In this document: positions 5,595 to 8,034 of the stretch, piece after piece
Numbering within the stretch: the first letter of the stretch is position 1
Layout of the letters: every line of letters starts with the position of its first letter
Assembly: GCF_035285525.1 (NCBI RefSeq)
Contig: NZ_JAYKGW010000103.1
Coordinates: 1-8,034, forward strand
Direction: 5' to 3'
Length of the DNA: 8,034 nt
From: Okeania sp.
GTDB taxonomy: Bacteria > Cyanobacteriota > Cyanobacteriia > Cyanobacteriales > Microcoleaceae
The notes under the pieces: model-generated
What the model saw: only the letters and a program-made list of their open reading frames with translations
What the model was told of the DNA's origin: nothing
The model's database searches: none
Program-made: the position numbers and the translations under genes

Positions 5595-6371
5595 ATGCGT
5601 TCTGTTAAACCGAAAATTATCAACAATAAACAAAAGCCTTCTCCAGTTGGTTTTATATTTGTCAAACGTCTAATTTTTGTATCTATACTTATAGCTTCTT
5701 TTACATCTTTTTTCCAGATTTTTAAGGGAGCATTCAATCTAAATAGACAAGAATTAATTGAACTAATTTCCCCTAGTCAATATGATTATAATAATGCAGA
5801 ACAATGGCCTCAACTAGCAATGAAAGGTGGAGATCCTTATATTCGAGCCTTAATGCGAACTATTTCAGCGAGTGAATCTAATTATGCTCAACCTTATCAT
5901 GTTGTTTATACAGGTAAAAAAGTATCTAACCTGAAAAAACATCCAGATTGGTGTATCAAAATTGTTTCCGGTCCGAATCAAGGAAAATGTAGCACCGCAG
6001 CAGGAAGATATCAAATGTTAACCAGTACCTGGTATTATACAGCCAAACGTTATCATCCCCGACCTAGTTGGTCTGTTTTTCAGACATCTTACAGTTTTGA
6101 GCCACAATATCAGGATGCTGTGGTACATGATTGGTTAAGCGATCGCAAGTATTGGCAGGCAGATATTCCAGAGTTATTAAGACAGGGAAAATTAGATCGA
6201 GTTTTGCGGTTATTATCAGGTACATGGACGAGTTTAGGATATGGAATTGAAACTAATTCTATGAGTAGACATTTACCTAAAGTATATGAGAAAGTTTTAG
6301 AAGATGAATTAAGTTTATTGGAGGATAATTTTTCTCAGAAACAAGAAAATTCTCAGGTAGGAGTAATATAG
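5595..6371 (+). CDS. Membrane-anchored lambda-lysozyme-type lytic transglycosylase (glycoside hydrolase family 104-like)
   Basis: 258 aa. The basic N-terminus is followed by the hydrophobic segment VGFIFVKRLIFVSILIASFTSFF. IRALMRTISASESNY aligns with lambda R FLDMLAWSEGT, placing the catalytic Glu at about E94. HPD...STAAGRYQML-STW matches lambda HPR...STGAGRYQLLSRWW. EPQYQDAVV and GTWTSLGYG match the lambda C-terminal blocks. Confidence 0.88.
   Translation: MRSVKPKIINNKQKPSPVGFIFVKRLIFVSILIASFTSFFQIFKGAFNLNRQELIELISPSQYDYNNAEQWPQLAMKGGDPYIRALMRTISASESNYAQPYHVVYTGKKVSNLKKHPDWCIKIVSGPNQGKCSTAAGRYQMLTSTWYYTAKRYHPRPSWSVFQTSYSFEPQYQDAVVHDWLSDRKYWQADIPELLRQGKLDRVLRLLSGTWTSLGYGIETNSMSRHLPKVYEKVLEDELSLLEDNFSQKQENSQVGVI
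6139..6146. repeat. HIP1 octamer GCGATCGC
   Basis: Exact GCGATCGC inside the GH104 CDS. Confidence 0.9.
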
Positions 6372-6403
6372 AATTTGGTTGAACAGTCGTCCCTATCGAC
6401 GAG

Positions 6404-6439
6404 AGGAAGCAATCTCAGGGGGTTAAGAGATTGCTTCCT
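6404..6439 (+). other. Strong stem-loop 33 nt downstream of the GH104 stop
   Basis: AGGAAGCAATCTC (6404-6416) pairs perfectly with GAGATTGCTTCCT (6427-6439), a 13 bp stem with the 10 nt loop AGGGGGTTAA. No U-tract follows. The flanks (GTCGTCCCTATCGACGAG and CCGTCGCAATGAC) resemble the small dispersed hairpin repeats common in Nostoc-type genomes. Confidence 0.6.
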
Positions 6440-6684
6440 TCCACGGAGTGACCGTCGCAATGACTTAGCTATAGTAATTACCCGGATTCTATATAAAACA
6501 ACAATTTCCTAAGTTATGAATTACTAAAAATGACGATTTATTAACTTCTAAATTTTTTGCACAGGAGCATTTTATGGCGATACTCCTAGCCAATATTTAT
6601 TGCTAAAAAATAATTCGGTAATCTTGTATAGCAATGTGCAGGAGCTGTCCAATAGCTAAAAGCCTTATATTATCAGCTATCATT

Positions 6685-6791
6685 CTCCCTGTTCCCTGCG
6701 CGCAGCGCTATAATATTTTTTTTTAGTCTACTTCTTATTATCCAGATTGTCAACGGTTTTGAAAGATAAGCGATCGCGCAGCGGAACGGAG
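6685..6791. repeat. Imperfect inverted repeat flanking about 75 bp
   Basis: The left arm CTCCCTGTTCCCTGCGC (6685-6701) is compared with the reverse complement of the right arm (6776-6791), CTCCGTTCCGCTGCGC. About 14 of 17 positions are pairable, with bulges. The interior contains TATAAT (6709-6714), a T9 run and a HIP1 site. Confidence 0.4.
6770..6777. repeat. HIP1 octamer GCGATCGC
   Basis: Exact GCGATCGC in the intergenic region, abutting the right arm of the inverted repeat. Confidence 0.9.
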
Positions 6792-6890
6792 TTCTATCCC
6801 TCGATAGATTTGTTTGCCCGAAAACAATATCTATAAAACGACCCAATATGTTAACATGAAATCAAAACCTGAATTACCAGGAGAGCAACA

Positions 6891-7469
6891 ATGGTAGCAG
6901 TTCCCAAACCGTATCAAATGACCCCCCAAGAATACCTTGAATGGGAGGAAAAACAACCGATTAAATATGAATATATGAACGGTCAAGTTTTTGCCATGAC
7001 TGGAGGAACTATTCCTCATAACGACATTAGTCTTAATTTGGCAGCGGCTTTAAAAAATCATCTACGGGGTAAAGGGTGTAAAGTGTCAATGGCAGATGCT
7101 AAACTGGGAGTATCCGAAAACGGACCTTTTTATTATCCTGATGTCATGGTAACTTGCAATGAAAGAGACCGACGTGCGACTAAAGTTATTTATCATCCTT
7201 GTTTAGTGGTGGAGGTATTATCTCCAGGAACTGAAGCTTTTAACAGGGGGAAAAAGTTTAAAAATTATCGCAATATTTCTACTTTAAAAGAATACGTTTT
7301 AATTGATGCGCGAGAGATGACAGTAGAGTGTTTTCGACCTAAGGAAAATGGTGTTTGGGAAATTTATAATTATGGGGAAGGTGAGGAAGTAACCTTAACT
7401 TCTGTAGATTTTAGCTTTCCCATTGAGATGCTTTATGAGGATGTAGTTTTGGAGGAAGTAGAGGAATAA
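6891..7469 (+). CDS. Uma2 family (DUF820) PD-(D/E)XK putative endonuclease
   Basis: 192 aa. GGAGA lies about 8 nt upstream of the ATG. The typical Uma2 layout is present: YLEWEE---IKYEYMNG-V-AM-GGT--HN, then YYPDVMV, then LVVEVLSPGTEAFNRGKKF--Y------EYVLID. Confidence 0.9.
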   Translation: MVAVPKPYQMTPQEYLEWEEKQPIKYEYMNGQVFAMTGGTIPHNDISLNLAAALKNHLRGKGCKVSMADAKLGVSENGPFYYPDVMVTCNERDRRATKVIYHPCLVVEVLSPGTEAFNRGKKFKNYRNISTLKEYVLIDAREMTVECFRPKENGVWEIYNYGEGEEVTLTSVDFSFPIEMLYEDVVLEEVEE

Positions 7470-7568
7470 GAACGTTTACTATTGAATTTCTCCACCAGCT
7501 AAATGTTATAGTGGTAATCTTAGTGGAAAATTTGACAATTATCGAAAATCTCAACTGAAGATAATTTC

Positions 7569-7574
7569 TATAAT
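7569..7574 (+). promoter_or_regulatory. Candidate -10 box TATAAT upstream of the methyltransferase
   Basis: Exact TATAAT 34 nt upstream of the ATG at 7608. There is no good -35 at 17 bp spacing; the TTGACA at 7532-7537 is 31 bp away. The AT-rich context makes this weak. Confidence 0.2.
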
Positions 7575-7607
7575 ATTAACCCTAATAATAATCAGAAAAA
7601 TTGACTT

Positions 7608-8034
7608 ATGTCTGGTCATATAATTAATTCCCCAACTCAATTAAGCTTTTTTAATCTTGATAAACCTATTAATTTACAAATATATGAGTATCGGTTTACT
7701 TTTATAGATTTGTTTGCTGGAATTGGCGGCTTTAGAATTCCTCTAGAAAAATTAGGAGGTAAATGTTTAGGATATTCAGAAATTGACTCCAATTCTCTTC
7801 AGGTTTATAAGCAAAATTTTCTAACTGGATATATCAATAATGATGAAAAATATTTGGGAGATATTACTAAAATTTCTGAGTTACCTTGGCAAGTTAATTT
7901 GATCGTAGGTGGTGTTCCTTGTCAACCTTGGTCTGTAGCTGGAAAGTTAAGGGGTTTTGATGATTCTAGAGGAAAACTTTGGTTTGATGCTATCAGAATT
8001 GTGGAGAAAAATCAACCAGAAGCTTTTATTTTTG
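7608..8034 (+). CDS. DNA (cytosine-5)-methyltransferase, N-terminal part only (runs off the window)
   Basis: Hand translation from the ATG at 7608 stays open to the window end: MSGHIINSPTQLSFFNLDKPINLQIYEYRFTFIDLFAGIGGFRIPLEKLGGKCLGYSEIDSNSLQVYKQNF...NLIVGGVPCQPWSVAGKLRGFDDSRGKLWFDAIRIVEKNQPEAFIF. Motif I (DLFAGIGG), motif IV (GGVPCQPWS) and the start of motif VI (FIF[ENV]) are unambiguous. It is absent from the ORF track because no stop falls inside the window. Confidence 0.93.
   Translation, partial: MSGHIINSPTQLSFFNLDKPINLQIYEYRFTFIDLFAGIGGFRIPLEKLGGKCLGYSEIDSNSLQVYKQNFLTGYINNDEKYLGDITKISELPWQVNLIVGGVPCQPWSVAGKLRGFDDSRGKLWFDAIRIVEKNQPEAFIF

Noticed and set aside
5595-6371. Prophage or phage-remnant call based on the lambda-type lysozyme
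   Set aside because: No other phage-like genes, integrase or att-like repeats flank it within the window. A single lysozyme-fold gene is insufficient.
6564-6726. Mini-ORFs in the GH104-Uma2 spacer: the 10 aa MAILLANIYC with AGGAG 6 nt upstream, and a 30 aa ORF starting at 6634
   Set aside because: They are too short to evaluate from sequence alone and have no conservation evidence. The second runs through the inverted-repeat arm and the T-run.
6831-7019. 62 aa minus-strand ORF from the track
   Set aside because: It overlaps the start and first 43 codons of the strongly supported Uma2 gene on the opposite strand. It has no recognisable motifs or ribosome-binding site.

Overview
The window looks like chromosomal DNA from a filamentous, probably heterocystous (Nostocales-type) cyanobacterium. 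It is visibly AT-rich. It carries five copies of the HIP1 octamer GCGATCGC and several blocks of tandem heptamers (CAGTTAT/ACTGATA, the STRR type). By my coordinates about 37% of the window is intergenic. I support seven protein genes: an all-ankyrin-repeat protein (-), a 4-TM DUF4079-like membrane protein (+), a DUF1997-like protein (-), a small atypical-SDR NAD(P)-binding protein (+), a membrane-anchored lambda-lysozyme-type (GH104) lytic transglycosylase (+), a Uma2/DUF820 PD-(D/E)XK endonuclease (+), and the 5' part of a C5 cytosine DNA methyltransferase that runs off the right edge and is missing from the ORF track. I see no tRNA, rRNA, CRISPR array, transposase or phage cluster, and no convincing multi-gene novel system in the coding content. 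The unexplained signal is noncoding. There is a 3 x 90 bp purine-rich tandem array between the divergent DUF1997 and SDR genes. Two dispersed repeat families each occur twice, and one shows a position-conserved hairpin with a different stem sequence in each copy. A promoter-plus-intrinsic-terminator arrangement on the minus strand upstream of the ankyrin gene could be a ~50 nt sRNA or an attenuator. The Uma2/C5-methyltransferase adjacency at the right edge cannot be evaluated without downstream sequence. All family calls come from motif recognition by eye, with no database search.
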